From: an uncultured Gemmatimonadales bacterium
Lineage (GTDB): Bacteria > Gemmatimonadota > Gemmatimonadetes > Longimicrobiales > RSA9
Assembly: GCA_963798085.1 (NCBI GenBank)
Contig: CAWCRS010000008.1
Span: 160,001-224,000 of the forward strand
Direction: 5' to 3'
DNA: 64,000 bases
Shown here: in pieces, positions 48,742 through 58,947 of the stretch
How the letters are laid out: each line of letters opens with the position of its first letter
Position numbering within the stretch: position 1 is the first letter of the stretch
The notes under the pieces: generated by a model
Told to the model about the DNA's origin: nothing
Databases searched by the model: none
Seen by the model: only the letters and a program-made list of their open reading frames with translations
Made by a program: the position numbers and the translations under genes

Positions 48742-50332
48742 ATGATGGAAACGGAAACGCGCGCCACCGGATTGCCGCGGCAGGTACGGCCGGGCCTCCG
48801 GCTGGCGTCGCTGCTCTTCATTGTGACCTCGGGGCCATGCACGCTCTGCAACGGGGACAACCTCGTCTCTACGGACGGCGGCACCTACATCCAGGGTACC
48901 GTGCTGGACGCGCGCACCAGCCAGCCGGTCGCGGGCGTGGCCATCAGCAGTGATGATGCCAGTGTGCAGGGCGATACGATCACGGATACCGGCGGCAATT
49001 TCCGGCTGTACTTCAGCGCTGAAGCCGCCGTCGTGTACGTCTATCTCGATCTGCCCCAGGGCTATCGCATCAGCGACGCGGGAGAATACAGAAACGCCTC
49101 GTCGGTGGTCCGGCTGCCCATCAATGTGAGCCTCGTACAGACCGGCAACGGCAACACCCGCTGGATGGGCGTGATGGACACGCATTGCCAGACGCTGGGC
49201 TGCCCCCACGCAACCTTCCTGGTTCAGCCGTACACACCCGCCACGCTGGTGGAGCGCGTGGTCGACCCGCAGGGGCGGGGTGTGCCGGGCATGCAGATCC
49301 AGACCCGGTGTTCGAACTTCGCCTGCCGGGCGCAGGCGGCGGTTACCGACAGCCGCGGCGAAATCGTAATGCTCGATCAGCTGCCCGGCACGCGATTCGC
49401 CAGTTTCATGCCCACGTCCGGCTACCAGCCCGCCCCCGGCTTCATGGCGGATCAGACCCTCGAGCTGCTCGATGCTGCGCAGGACACGTTGCAATGGCAG
49501 GTCGTCACGAACCCCGGGGCCGGTTACATCTCGGGGCAACGTCCGCGACGTCTCGCCACACTTCGACCCGGGCATTGTCGCCGGTGTGACCGTGACCATC
49601 ACCGGACCGGCGGGCAGCGATCCGGTGAGCAATGGGCATGGACAGTACATCTCGAGCCCGCTGCCGTTCGGACAATACACGGTCAGCGCCATGGCGCCGC
49701 CCGGCTATTTCGTCGTCAGCAATCCCACCGTGCAGCTCAATGCCGCACACGATGCACAGCGCGTTGACGTGCAGATCCGCGCGGCCGCTTTCGCCGAGAT
49801 CGATGTGGCCATTGTCGATAACTACAATCTGGGCATTCGGGGTGCGCTCGTTGACCTCGCCGGACCGTCCGCCAGCGGCGTCAGCACGGATGCGCAGGGC
49901 AACATCAGGTTCACGGACCTCTATGCGGGGATGTACACGGCCACACTCCGCATGCCCGCCGGCTATACGTTCCTGCGTCCCGATCTGCTGGCCAAGTCCG
50001 TCGTCGCGCTGGACGGTGTCGCCAGTCGCGTGACCTGGCAGCTCATCGGCAACGGCACCGCGTCCGGGTCCGTCATCGACGAATACGGACAGGGCGTGCC
50101 GGGCGCCGGCATCAGGCTCGATGCCACCGCGGTCAGCCACGGCACCAGCTTTGTTCTCACGCGTACCGACGGCAGCTGGTCATTCAGCGGCCTGCCGCCC
50201 GCAGGGTACCGCGTGACCCTGGCGCCACCGCAGGGCTGGTCACTGACCGGGCAGCAGGGAACCGACATTGCCTTCACCGTTCACGCCGGCGAACACGTGC
50301 AGATCGACACCTGGCAGCTGCGCGAGAATTGA
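48742..50332 (+). CDS. Surface protein with tandem carboxypeptidase-regulatory-like (CnaB/SdrD-type) beta-sandwich domains (one +1 frameshift at about 49533)
   Basis: Repeated GTVLD...PVAGV, TDxxGxF/Y and PxGY motifs; ORFs 48742-49767 and 49472-50332 join at YIS/GNVRD. Confidence 0.7.
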
Positions 50333-51915
50333 AGCCTTCTAACGGACTATTTCAGACGACCGGCGACACACCGCTCCGGCCCCGACCGCCTGCCACGCCG
50401 CGCTGCAGGCGCTCGACAGGGACGCCCAGCCGCTGGCGTGCCAGGCCTTTCCTGAGCCTGCTGCTGCTGGTAACGGGCTGCAAGAATGCCGGGATGTCAG
50501 GACCGAACTCACAGAACGTCACGGGCCCGTTCGACTGGACTTTTGTCTTTGACTACGGGCCGCCGGCGCGCGCGCGTTTCTATGCCAACGCGCAGGTGGA
50601 TCGGTCGGATAATCCGGACATTGATCCGAACTGTCCGCGCACGACGGTCACCACGCTGCTGGGCGACGCCCAGATTCTGACGTCGCGTGTTACGCCGGAG
50701 CCACTGCACGCACGGATCGAGGGATCGTTCAAGACGGGCGTCTGCACGAACATGTCGATCACGTTTCTGGTCGACGGCGGCGGCACCATCACATTGACGG
50801 GCCCGCTGCGGCAGGACGAACTCTGGATCCACGACGATTCGGCGGGCACTGTGTTCGCCGTGTGGGATCCCGCCGTGCAGGATGTCGTCAATGCCTACGG
50901 CTCTCACCCCGGCGGCGATGCCGCCAATCTGTTCTCGGGTCGATGGGTGACCAATAATCAGGCAATCGGCGGCTTCTTCCACGTGCGCGACAGACTGTTC
51001 TCCTACCATCCTGACACGTGGCTGCGGTTCAGCGTCGACAACCGCACCAGCATGCAGTTCGACAGTGCGCACCTCGCCGTACTCGGGCATGCGCGGCTGT
51101 ATGACACAACCCCAGCCTTCAACAACCTGCCCGGCAACTTCGAGGTGCACGGTGGCCTGCGGCGCGTGGACAGCGCGCAGGCGGTCCTCGGCGGGACGGC
51201 CAAAGGCCCGCTGCCGTACCAGTTCGATTTCTACAGGAATGGGCAGATCCAGTCATCCGCACGCTGCACCATTTCCGCCGAAACTCCCGACTCGGTGGTG
51301 GTGCGTGTGCTGACGACCGGACCATTCGGCGCCGTGTGCGACCGCTGGCAACCAGCGACCACCACGCCGCGCACTGTGTTCTTCGATGACTTCAACAGTG
51401 GCGACACCTCGCTCTGGTCGGCGACGGAGATCATCACGCCGCAAGCGATTCCTTCCATTTCACAGGGCTGGTACAATCCCATCGTGGGCGGCAATCCGGG
51501 TGGATTCCGCCGCATGGTGCACCACTTTACGGCTGCCACGGCGCCCGATTTCTACACGATCGCCGTCTATCACCTGTTCAACGCGGCTTACAATCCCGCG
51601 ACCGACGGCTCCCTCCAGAGCATCGTGTACACCGAGGACCGCAGGCGCATCAGCGCGAACGGCGATGTGGGTACGGCCGCGCTCATCTATCAGGGTAACG
51701 TCTACCACGTGGCGCTGCTCAGTAACGGGGTGTTCAACAACCCGGACTGGCAGACGCTCACCGTCACGCTGCACGCCAGCGACTTCCTGCCACCCGTGGA
51801 CTTCTCAGCCGGCGGCGGGCCCATGAAGTTCGGCTACGTCCGCTCCAACTCCTCGCGTTTTCCCATCGATATCGAGCACGGCATCGACAACTGGGGCGTG
51901 CGCGTCGTGCGTTGA
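50329..51915 (+). CDS. Hypothetical lipoprotein with C-terminal beta-sandwich domain
   Basis: TTG start overlapping the previous stop; lipobox VTGC; C-terminal GNPGGFR...DFSAGGGPMKFGY...HGIDNW. Confidence 0.6.
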   Translation: MKPSNGLFQTTGDTPLRPRPPATPRCRRSTGTPSRWRARPFLSLLLLVTGCKNAGMSGPNSQNVTGPFDWTFVFDYGPPARARFYANAQVDRSDNPDIDPNCPRTTVTTLLGDAQILTSRVTPEPLHARIEGSFKTGVCTNMSITFLVDGGGTITLTGPLRQDELWIHDDSAGTVFAVWDPAVQDVVNAYGSHPGGDAANLFSGRWVTNNQAIGGFFHVRDRLFSYHPDTWLRFSVDNRTSMQFDSAHLAVLGHARLYDTTPAFNNLPGNFEVHGGLRRVDSAQAVLGGTAKGPLPYQFDFYRNGQIQSSARCTISAETPDSVVVRVLTTGPFGAVCDRWQPATTTPRTVFFDDFNSGDTSLWSATEIITPQAIPSISQGWYNPIVGGNPGGFRRMVHHFTAATAPDFYTIAVYHLFNAAYNPATDGSLQSIVYTEDRRRISANGDVGTAALIYQGNVYHVALLSNGVFNNPDWQTLTVTLHASDFLPPVDFSAGGGPMKFGYVRSNSSRFPIDIEHGIDNWGVRVVR

Positions 51916-51966
51916 GAAACCGATCTGCGTCGGCAAAGTCCGGTCGAGTCTGCCCTGCACTGCCGA

Positions 51967-54840
51967 TCATCCGCTCGCACGCGCGCGCCGCCGCCGAAGC
52001 CCGAGGCCCATGAGCACGACGAGCAGCAGCGCCAATGGCACCAGCAAGGGCAGGGGCGAGAATGGCGCACGCAGGTTCAGCGTGACCAGCGGATCGCCGA
52101 CCAGCGTGAACGCGGCCCATTCGTGCGGAGCCGCACCACGCCGGATGGCACGCAGCTGTGCGCCGCGCAGGGCATCGGCCACATTGCTGTGTCTGGCCAG
52201 TCCACGGTACACGTCCTCGACGAAGCGTGCGGCCGCGGCATCACCCACCGCCCACTGACTGGCCAGCACTGCACGGGCGCCGGCCGCGAGCAGCGGTGCC
52301 GTCAGACCCTGCACCCCCTCGCCGCGCACGATGGCGCCGCCCGCCGTGCGACAGCCGGACAGCACCACCAGATCCGCCGCCAGCTGCAGACCGGCCAGCT
52401 CCGCGGGCGTGACAAACCCGTCGTTAGAAGAGTCCGGCGCCAGCACCAGGGCCGTGCGCTCCGCACTGCGATCATCGACCTGTGCGTGCGTCGCGAAGTG
52501 CAGCACGGCGAACTGCGCAGCCTGCTGGTCCAGCGCGGACTCCGAAGCGGCCGAGCCGGTACGCACATCGGACCGCGGGAAGTAGCGCGCCACGGCCCGC
52601 ACCTCGTCGCGCGACGCGGGCAGCCGCGCGAGGCCCGCCGATTCCGCGAACATGCGGGGCACACCCACGGAATCGGGCATGCGGCCGGGCGAGGGATCGG
52701 TGGGATCACCGAACGCGAGCAGGGAGGGCGGCTGCGACGCGTTGCGGCTCGCCAGCAGTGCGCTGGCCAGCGCTGCCGAGGGCGCGAGCGCGATGGCGTA
52801 ACGCTCGATCAGGTAGTGGCCATCTCGGTCCAGCAGCGCAGCGAACGGCAGACGATGAAGTACGTCGTCAGGAATCAGAATCAGCCGCGTCACACCGGAA
52901 GGCAGTGTGGCCAGCGCCGTATCCAGCAACGCGCGTCCCAGCTCCCGTGCCGGCGCGCGCAGTGCAGTCGAATTATCCAGCAGCGCGAGCAGCGCATCGA
53001 TGCGCGGGGCCAGTGAGTCGATCGCTGGCAGTGTGAATGCGCTTGCGCTCGAGCGTGTGACGAGGAAGAGCGTCGTCGCTTCACCACCGCGACCGGTCAC
53101 GTATTCCAGCAATGCGGTGGCATCGTCCAGGGACTGCTGCACGGAGTTGAGCGTGGTCCGGCTCTCGGGAATGCGCGCGTGCGCGGCGGTGCTGGTGTCG
53201 CCACGCATGCGGCCCGCGCGGTAGCGGTCGTACAACGCGCGCGCCCGCCGCTGCTCGGCGTAACGGAAAGCCGCACTGATGCGGCCCGCGGCAACGAAGC
53301 GCTCGAGGATGGTCGCGAAACCGAGATCCGGATCGGCCGGACTGTACCCCATCTGATAGGAGAGCAGGCGCAGGTCGGCGTCGTGCAGCGTGCCGCGCCA
53401 CTGGTCCAGCCGGTCCGCCGCTTCCCGCAGCGCCCCATCCGCGCCATCGAGATCACCCGACCTCGCCAGCAGCTCCGCACGCATGATCTCGAGCTGGTAG
53501 TGACGCACCGGCTGTTCCGGACGGTTGAATGCGGAATCGAGCGCGCTCCCCGCCCCCGCGAGATCACCGGAGCGCATGAGTGCGATCGCGAATTCGGGCG
53601 TGAGCGCTGCGCCATCGCCCGCGGAGCCGGTGGCGCGCGCGACCGCACGCGCGGAATCGAGATAGGCGAGCGCCGCGGCCGGCCGGTTCTCGCGCAGCAG
53701 CAGGTCCGCCCAGCGGCGATACTGCCGCAGACGGAAGGATGGGTCCTCCGCTGTCCGGCCCCGGGCTTCCAGTTCGGTCAGCCGCGCACGCACATCGGCC
53801 AGCGCGCCGATCTGCAGTGCAACGACCGCCAGATTCTCGTCCGCATTGAGCACGCGCGCGTCATCGCCGATCGCCTCGAACAGCGCGCGCGCTCTCTCCG
53901 ACTCCTCCTGCGCAGCCGCAATGTCGAACGTGGCGATGGCATCCCAGCCGAGCGCCAGGCGCGTCATGGCCAGCGCCCAGTCATTGCCGGACGCAGCAGC
54001 CTCGCGCAGCGCCTCCGTCAGATAACGCCGTGCAAGGGTGTGGTTGTCCACCGAGGTGAGGATGCTGCCACCCAGCTGCAGCGCCACAGCCAGTGCGGCG
54101 CGGTCGTGCGCGGCTCGTGAGAGGGCGACGGCGCGCAGAATGCTCTGGCCCGCGGCGGGCACGTTGCCGGCGGCGAAGTCGAGATTCGCGAGCGCCAGCA
54201 GACAGCGTGACTCGACACGCGGCTCCGCCATGGCGCGGGCCAGTTGTGCTCCCCGTGTCGCGTCCGCACGTGCCTGCTCGCGATGCGCCGTCCTCGCGCT
54301 CGAGTAGGAGGCCCGTGCGCAGAGGACGCGCGCGCGCAGTCCGGGATCGCCGCCCAGCGAGCGTCGCGCGAGCCGCTCGAACAGCGTGTCAGCCGAGCGC
54401 GCATCGGCGCCGAACCGCGCTGCCGCCACACCCAGCAGCGCCTCGGTCTCGCCGGCATCGTCGTGCAGCACCCGCGCCGTCGTCATGGCCGCGAGCGCGC
54501 GGTCCGCGGCATTGCGCCAGCGCGCGCGCACCAGCAGCGCCTCGGTCTGACCCAGCAGTGCCCACACCGTCCACGGGTCGACCGCGCCGCTCTCCGTGGT
54601 CAGGCGGGCGTACAGCGCTTCGGCGGCGGTGTAGTCGTAGCGAAGACGGGCCAGTGAGGCGAGGCCTAACACGGCAGCACGATCGGCGGAATCGCGCGCC
54701 AGCGCGGCATGCCAGCGCGCCTCGAGCGGCGCAACGCTGTCCGCCTCCACCGCGTGCAGCGCCTGCCGCACCACAGCCCGAGGGTCCGCCGGGCCCGCCT
54801 GCGCCAGCAGCCAGCCTGCGACCAGAAACGCGATCGGCAT
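51967..54840 (-). CDS. TPR-CHAT (caspase-like) protease with N-terminal signal and C-terminal membrane anchor
   Basis: Helical TPR-like region; LIPDDVLHRLPF, catalytic HFATH and LSGC, SQWAVGD, WAAFTLVGD; terminal LLVPLALLLVVLMGLGLRRRR. Confidence 0.9.
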   Translation of the reverse strand: MPIAFLVAGWLLAQAGPADPRAVVRQALHAVEADSVAPLEARWHAALARDSADRAAVLGLASLARLRYDYTAAEALYARLTTESGAVDPWTVWALLGQTEALLVRARWRNAADRALAAMTTARVLHDDAGETEALLGVAAARFGADARSADTLFERLARRSLGGDPGLRARVLCARASYSSARTAHREQARADATRGAQLARAMAEPRVESRCLLALANLDFAAGNVPAAGQSILRAVALSRAAHDRAALAVALQLGGSILTSVDNHTLARRYLTEALREAAASGNDWALAMTRLALGWDAIATFDIAAAQEESERARALFEAIGDDARVLNADENLAVVALQIGALADVRARLTELEARGRTAEDPSFRLRQYRRWADLLLRENRPAAALAYLDSARAVARATGSAGDGAALTPEFAIALMRSGDLAGAGSALDSAFNRPEQPVRHYQLEIMRAELLARSGDLDGADGALREAADRLDQWRGTLHDADLRLLSYQMGYSPADPDLGFATILERFVAAGRISAAFRYAEQRRARALYDRYRAGRMRGDTSTAAHARIPESRTTLNSVQQSLDDATALLEYVTGRGGEATTLFLVTRSSASAFTLPAIDSLAPRIDALLALLDNSTALRAPARELGRALLDTALATLPSGVTRLILIPDDVLHRLPFAALLDRDGHYLIERYAIALAPSAALASALLASRNASQPPSLLAFGDPTDPSPGRMPDSVGVPRMFAESAGLARLPASRDEVRAVARYFPRSDVRTGSAASESALDQQAAQFAVLHFATHAQVDDRSAERTALVLAPDSSNDGFVTPAELAGLQLAADLVVLSGCRTAGGAIVRGEGVQGLTAPLLAAGARAVLASQWAVGDAAAARFVEDVYRGLARHSNVADALRGAQLRAIRRGAAPHEWAAFTLVGDPLVTLNLRAPFSPLPLLVPLALLLVVLMGLGLRRRRARASG

Positions 54841-54963
54841 GCAGGAGGTTACGCACGCCGCCGCGAAAGGCAACTATCCGGACCATGGGTGGACCATCCG
54901 CAGCGCGCCTGGCAGCCGTCGCTGACCGGTGGGTTCCCGGGCGATGCGGCCAGCGGACTGCGG

Positions 54964-55639
54964 TCAGGGCGTCCTGACGCGGAAGTTGCGCACGGGGGAA
55001 CGGATCTCCGCGCCGGTCTTCGTGAGTGCGCTCACGAACCAGTTGTAGGCGACGTCGCCGCCCAGCCCTTGCGTCGCGCCCACGGTCAACGCCGTGTCCG
55101 TCGTCGCGGTGGCAAAGGCGCGCGTTCCGCCGGCCGCGAGTACCGTGACCCGATACTCGAGGGCGCCCGGCAGCGCGTGCCACACCAGCTGCACGGGGAG
55201 CGCAACCGTCGCGCCCGCCGCCGGACCCACGATCGCCATGGTTGCGGTGGCGCCGCGCAGCGTGTCGGACGCAGTGCCGCTGGCGCCGCACCAGCTCGGT
55301 CGTGATGCCGAGCACGACGAGTGCCGCCAGCGCGAGGGCGGGCCGGCGCCAGGAAGAGAAGCGTCGCCTGCCCGAAGCAGAAAGGACTTCCATGAAGCCC
55401 GACCTGCGCTCCGCCTGGCCCGCCCGCGCAATGCCATCGGCCAGCAGGAATTCGTGGTGGCACTCCGGGCAGGCCATGACGTGATCGAGTGTGGCGAGCC
55501 GCGCGTCTTCACCAACCGTGCGTTCGACCAGTGCCACGATCGCTTCGGGCGCCACGCAGCCGGCGCGCGTGGCCGGCCTCACACTAACGGCGTGGTAGGC
55601 CGCACGCAGCCGTGCGTCGGACACGTTCGGCTCGCTCAT
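54964..55639 (-). CDS. Zinc-finger (zf-HC2/ZAS) transmembrane anti-sigma factor (one +1 frameshift at about 55283)
   Basis: HVMACPEC (HxxxCxxC), TM helix PALALAALVVLG, then TLRG and an FN3-like extracytoplasmic domain (LVWHALPGALEYRV...YNWFVSA). Overlaps the sigma stop by 4 nt. Confidence 0.8.
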
Positions 55640-56186
55640 CCCGCAACTCCCGGACCGATACCCATGCGTTGCAGTTCCTCCCTCAGTTCGGCCAGCCCGC
55701 GATAGAGCAGGTTGCGGGTCTTCGCTTCCGTCCAGCCCATGAGCCGCGCGATCTCCTGCCGGTCATGCCCGCGCAGGTACATGCGCACCACCGGTCGCCT
55801 GGTGTCGTGAATCCTGGCAATGGCGCCGTCGATCACACGCTCCAGTTCCTTCTGCTCCAGCTCGCTCTCAGGCGAGGCCGCCGCTGCAGGCGGGTCCGCC
55901 ACGCGCTCGCCCGGCTGCGACGCGACGCCTTCAGCGAAGCGCGCCCGCCGCCGCCGCATGAAGTCGATCGCGGCACTCATGGCTGTCCGGTATATGTAAG
56001 ACGCAGGCGAGGCTTCGATCTGCTCACCCCCGTGCTTCGCGTGCCACAGCCGGATACGCACTTCCTGAACAGCTCGTCGACATCGTCCCCGGCCAGTCCG
56101 TGCTGCGCCGCGACATGCCCGAGCAGCCGGGCATACCGGTCGAGCACAGCCTCCAGCGCTGCCGAGAGACGGTCGGGTGAGGTCAT
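55636..56186 (-). CDS. ECF sigma-70 family RNA polymerase sigma factor (one missing base at about 56068)
   Basis: Region 2 DVDEL/QEVRIRLW...SYIYRTAMSAAIDFMRR; region 4 EIARLMGWTEAKTRNLLYRGLAELR. Confidence 0.88.
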
Positions 56187-56322
56187 GCGTCACGGTCGCA
56201 CGCAGGGAGCCAGCGAACAAGTCCGCTGGCGGGTCAGCAGTCCGTTCTGTGCAGGAGTACGTGAGGAGGTCCAGCCCCGGGAACGCCAGCCGAACACGCG
56301 TGGAGACAGCCGCGAATGGCAT

Positions 56323-56676
56323 TCACGGCAGGTCGTCCAATGATTTCAGGACGGCAGCGGGAAACGATCCGGCCGGCGCACTTTCCAGCAGAACCCGTTC
56401 GAATCGCCGGAACGCATCGCTGCGCGCGACACGATCGGATCGGACCCGGCGTGTCACGACGCCGCCGAAGGCAGCGTACTCGACATCGTCAGCCGTGAGT
56501 GTGCATCCGCGGTAGCCGAGCGGCGGCGCAGCGGGTGGCGACCCGTGGAACGCATCCAGCGTCTGCCAGATCGCCTCGAGATCGCGCACGACACTCGCGT
56601 CGACATTCCACGCGGGATCCGGTCTGCCGGAAAAGACGCTTGCGCCCGCTCGTCCGCTGCGCCCGCGTTCAGCCAA
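56323..56676 (-). CDS. Small hypothetical protein homologous to the N-terminal domain of the upstream gene
   Basis: TTG start overlapping the upstream stop by 8 nt; VFSGRPDP...PPLGYRG...FE motifs shared with 56669-57583. Confidence 0.65.
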   Translation of the reverse strand: MAERGRSGRAGASVFSGRPDPAWNVDASVVRDLEAIWQTLDAFHGSPPAAPPLGYRGCTLTADDVEYAAFGGVVTRRVRSDRVARSDAFRRFERVLLESAPAGSFPAAVLKSLDDLP

Positions 56677-57583
56677 TCTTGATGTGCCCGTGCATGACGA
56701 TCATGAACGTGCAGAAATCGGTGTACCAGCCGCGGTCTGCGGTCCTGGGATCGGAGATCGTGTTGCCGGAGTTGTCCACGTTGGTGACTGCAGTGCCGCC
56801 CGGCTTGTGCGTCCACATGCCGTCGCGGCCCTTGCGATACCAGTGGAAATCCCATCCGGGCCCCACGACCAGGGCAACGAGGTGGCCTTCCTCGGGGCAC
56901 TTGTTGTCTGCGCCCGGACTGTCGATGAGCTGATCGCGAATGGCGGCCGCCCTGACTTCGGGGCAGGTGATGCTGTGGTACTGGTCGCCGGCCGCACGCC
57001 CGGGTTGTGCGAACGTGTCCGTCCGATAATTGGTGCCGTAGTTGTAGCAGTTGTTGTGAGGTTGCCGCGCCGGCACGTTCCACCACCCGGGCTCGTACAG
57101 CGGCGCGCACTTGCATCGGTTCCTGTGCTTGTGCCGGCATTTCGCCGGCGGGTCGCAGTGGCGCTCGTCCCAGTGGTAGGTGCGCCAGTGGTCCGCCAGC
57201 TTGCGGAACTCGCCGACCGCTTCCGTCAGTCGCTCAGCGGGCAGGTCTCCGCGTACGCTGCCCGTGACGAATTCCTCGAACCCGTCGTCCGCGATCCGGC
57301 TGGCGGACTCCGGTCCCAGCGCGAAACCGTCGGCGACGCGAAACGCGCGTGGCAATCCGGGGATCGGCATGCCGAACTGCTCGACCAGAAGTCCACGATA
57401 TCCCAGCGTCGGCACGGGTGGTAATGCGACGTCGCTCCTGCCGCGGCTTTCGACCGGCGTCAGACGTTCGACGATGCCACCGAGTTGCGCACCGCTGAAC
57501 TCGACCACCGGATTCTCCCTGCCGCTGAAGACGTCGATCGTGATCCGCAGCCGGTCCGCTGCCTTCCGTCGTGCTTGTGCCAT
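56669..57583 (-). CDS. Putative Cys-His (papain/transglutaminase-like) enzyme with N-terminal FSGRxxP/LGYRG domain
   Basis: GGAGG RBS; NNCYNY, FAQPG, DFHWYR, WTHKPG motifs; no signal peptide. The fold assignment is inferred. Confidence 0.6.
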   Translation of the reverse strand: MAQARRKAADRLRITIDVFSGRENPVVEFSGAQLGGIVERLTPVESRGRSDVALPPVPTLGYRGLLVEQFGMPIPGLPRAFRVADGFALGPESASRIADDGFEEFVTGSVRGDLPAERLTEAVGEFRKLADHWRTYHWDERHCDPPAKCRHKHRNRCKCAPLYEPGWWNVPARQPHNNCYNYGTNYRTDTFAQPGRAAGDQYHSITCPEVRAAAIRDQLIDSPGADNKCPEEGHLVALVVGPGWDFHWYRKGRDGMWTHKPGGTAVTNVDNSGNTISDPRTADRGWYTDFCTFMIVMHGHIKIG

Positions 57584-58027
57584 GATCCACCTTCCTCCGT
57601 TGCGCTCTCTCAGCCCTTCCGCCACCGCCGCTGCCATCTCTCGATGGCGTCGCCGTGATCGGGCGAAGGCCATCCCGCGACACAGCCGCGCCGGATCCGC
57701 CCGCCAATGAGCCGATGCGCGCCGCGACGCCGCCTCCATGGGTCGACCAATGTCACGACACCCATGGAACCGTGTTGTCCCCAACTCGACACCGTGAGGC
57801 CCTGCGACGTCGACACCACCCAACCGCATTCGTCGATCAGCAGACTGTCTGCCGCTACACGAAGGATCGCCGCGCGGTCGATCACGTCCTCGCAGGGATC
57901 CTTGAAGGAGGTCTGGAAGCTGAGCGCGGCGCCGTCACGTCCAGGGATCGCGGTTCGACTTGCCCGAGCCGGTCTCGAGAGGGACTTTACCTGGCAACGT
58001 GTCCGAAAAAAAGAGTGAGCGAAATCA

Positions 58028-58402
58028 ATGGTGCGTGTGCTGGCTGCCGTCATACGGCGCAACGGGCGAATGCTGTTGTGTCGGCGGCCGACGCACAAGC
58101 GGCACGGCGGTCTCTGGGAGTTTCCCGGAGGGAAGATCGAGCCTGGCGAGTCCGATCTCGAGGCGGCGCGGCGAGAATTGCGGGAGGAGCTGGGCGTGTA
58201 CGCCACCGGCGCTGGCCGCGTGGAAATGACCGTGGCAGACGCTGGATCGGACTTTGTGATCGAGTTCATTCCGGTGAACATTGAAGGCGAACCGGCGTGC
58301 CTGGAGCACAGCGAGCTGGCGTGGCTCACACCGCCCGAGATACTCGCGCTGCCGCTCGCGCCCAGCGATCGCACGTTCGCCGAAACTCTACCAGTCCGGT
58401 AA
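58028..58402 (+). CDS. NUDIX hydrolase, MutT/NudG-like (deoxy)nucleoside triphosphate pyrophosphohydrolase
   Basis: Complete Nudix box WEFPGGKIEPGESDLEAARRELREELG. Confidence 0.93.
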   Translation: MVRVLAAVIRRNGRMLLCRRPTHKRHGGLWEFPGGKIEPGESDLEAARRELREELGVYATGAGRVEMTVADAGSDFVIEFIPVNIEGEPACLEHSELAWLTPPEILALPLAPSDRTFAETLPVR

Positions 58403-58413
58403 CCCGGGCGATC

Positions 58414-58944
58414 ATGAGCGGAACTCGGTCCTTACTGCCAGTGCGACTGCAGCGGCAGCTGGAACGCTGGAGCGAACTCTGGCACGTGCAGGGCATGGCG
58501 GAAGCGCTGGAGATCCGGAGCAGCCACAGGCTCAAGCAGTCGCTGGCTCGCTGCAGACCGGAGGAAAGCAGCATCACACTTCGCGCCGATCTGCTCGCGT
58601 CCCGATCACGCCGTCTGGAAGAAGTACTCTGCCATGAAGCCGCACACGTCGCGGTCCACCGACTTTACGGGAAACGTACACAACCTCACGGCGATGAGTG
58701 GCGCAGCCTGGTGCGCCAGGCCGGATTCGATCCGCGCGTGAAGGCGGAACCGGAGTCTGCGGGGCCGCGCGGTCTGAAGAACGTCAGCAGGCTGGAGTAT
58801 GAGCACCGCTGCCCGGTGTGCCAGAGTGTGCGGTACGCGCGGCGGCCCGTGAGTCGCTGGCGTTGCGCGGATTGCCTCAATGCGGGCCTGGAAGGTTGCC
58901 TGATCATTACACGGCATTCCGGTCGACGCGCAGCGGAGTCGTAA
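58414..58944 (+). CDS. SprT-like zinc metalloprotease with C-terminal zinc ribbon
   Basis: VLCHEAAH...PHGDEW; CPVC...WRCADC. Confidence 0.85.
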   Translation: MSGTRSLLPVRLQRQLERWSELWHVQGMAEALEIRSSHRLKQSLARCRPEESSITLRADLLASRSRRLEEVLCHEAAHVAVHRLYGKRTQPHGDEWRSLVRQAGFDPRVKAEPESAGPRGLKNVSRLEYEHRCPVCQSVRYARRPVSRWRCADCLNAGLEGCLIITRHSGRRAAES

Positions 58945-58947
58945 GCG

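Noticed and set aside
57935..57985. GGTTCGACT resembling a tRNA T-loop or integration site
   Set aside because: No T-stem, acceptor stem or cloverleaf can be built around it.
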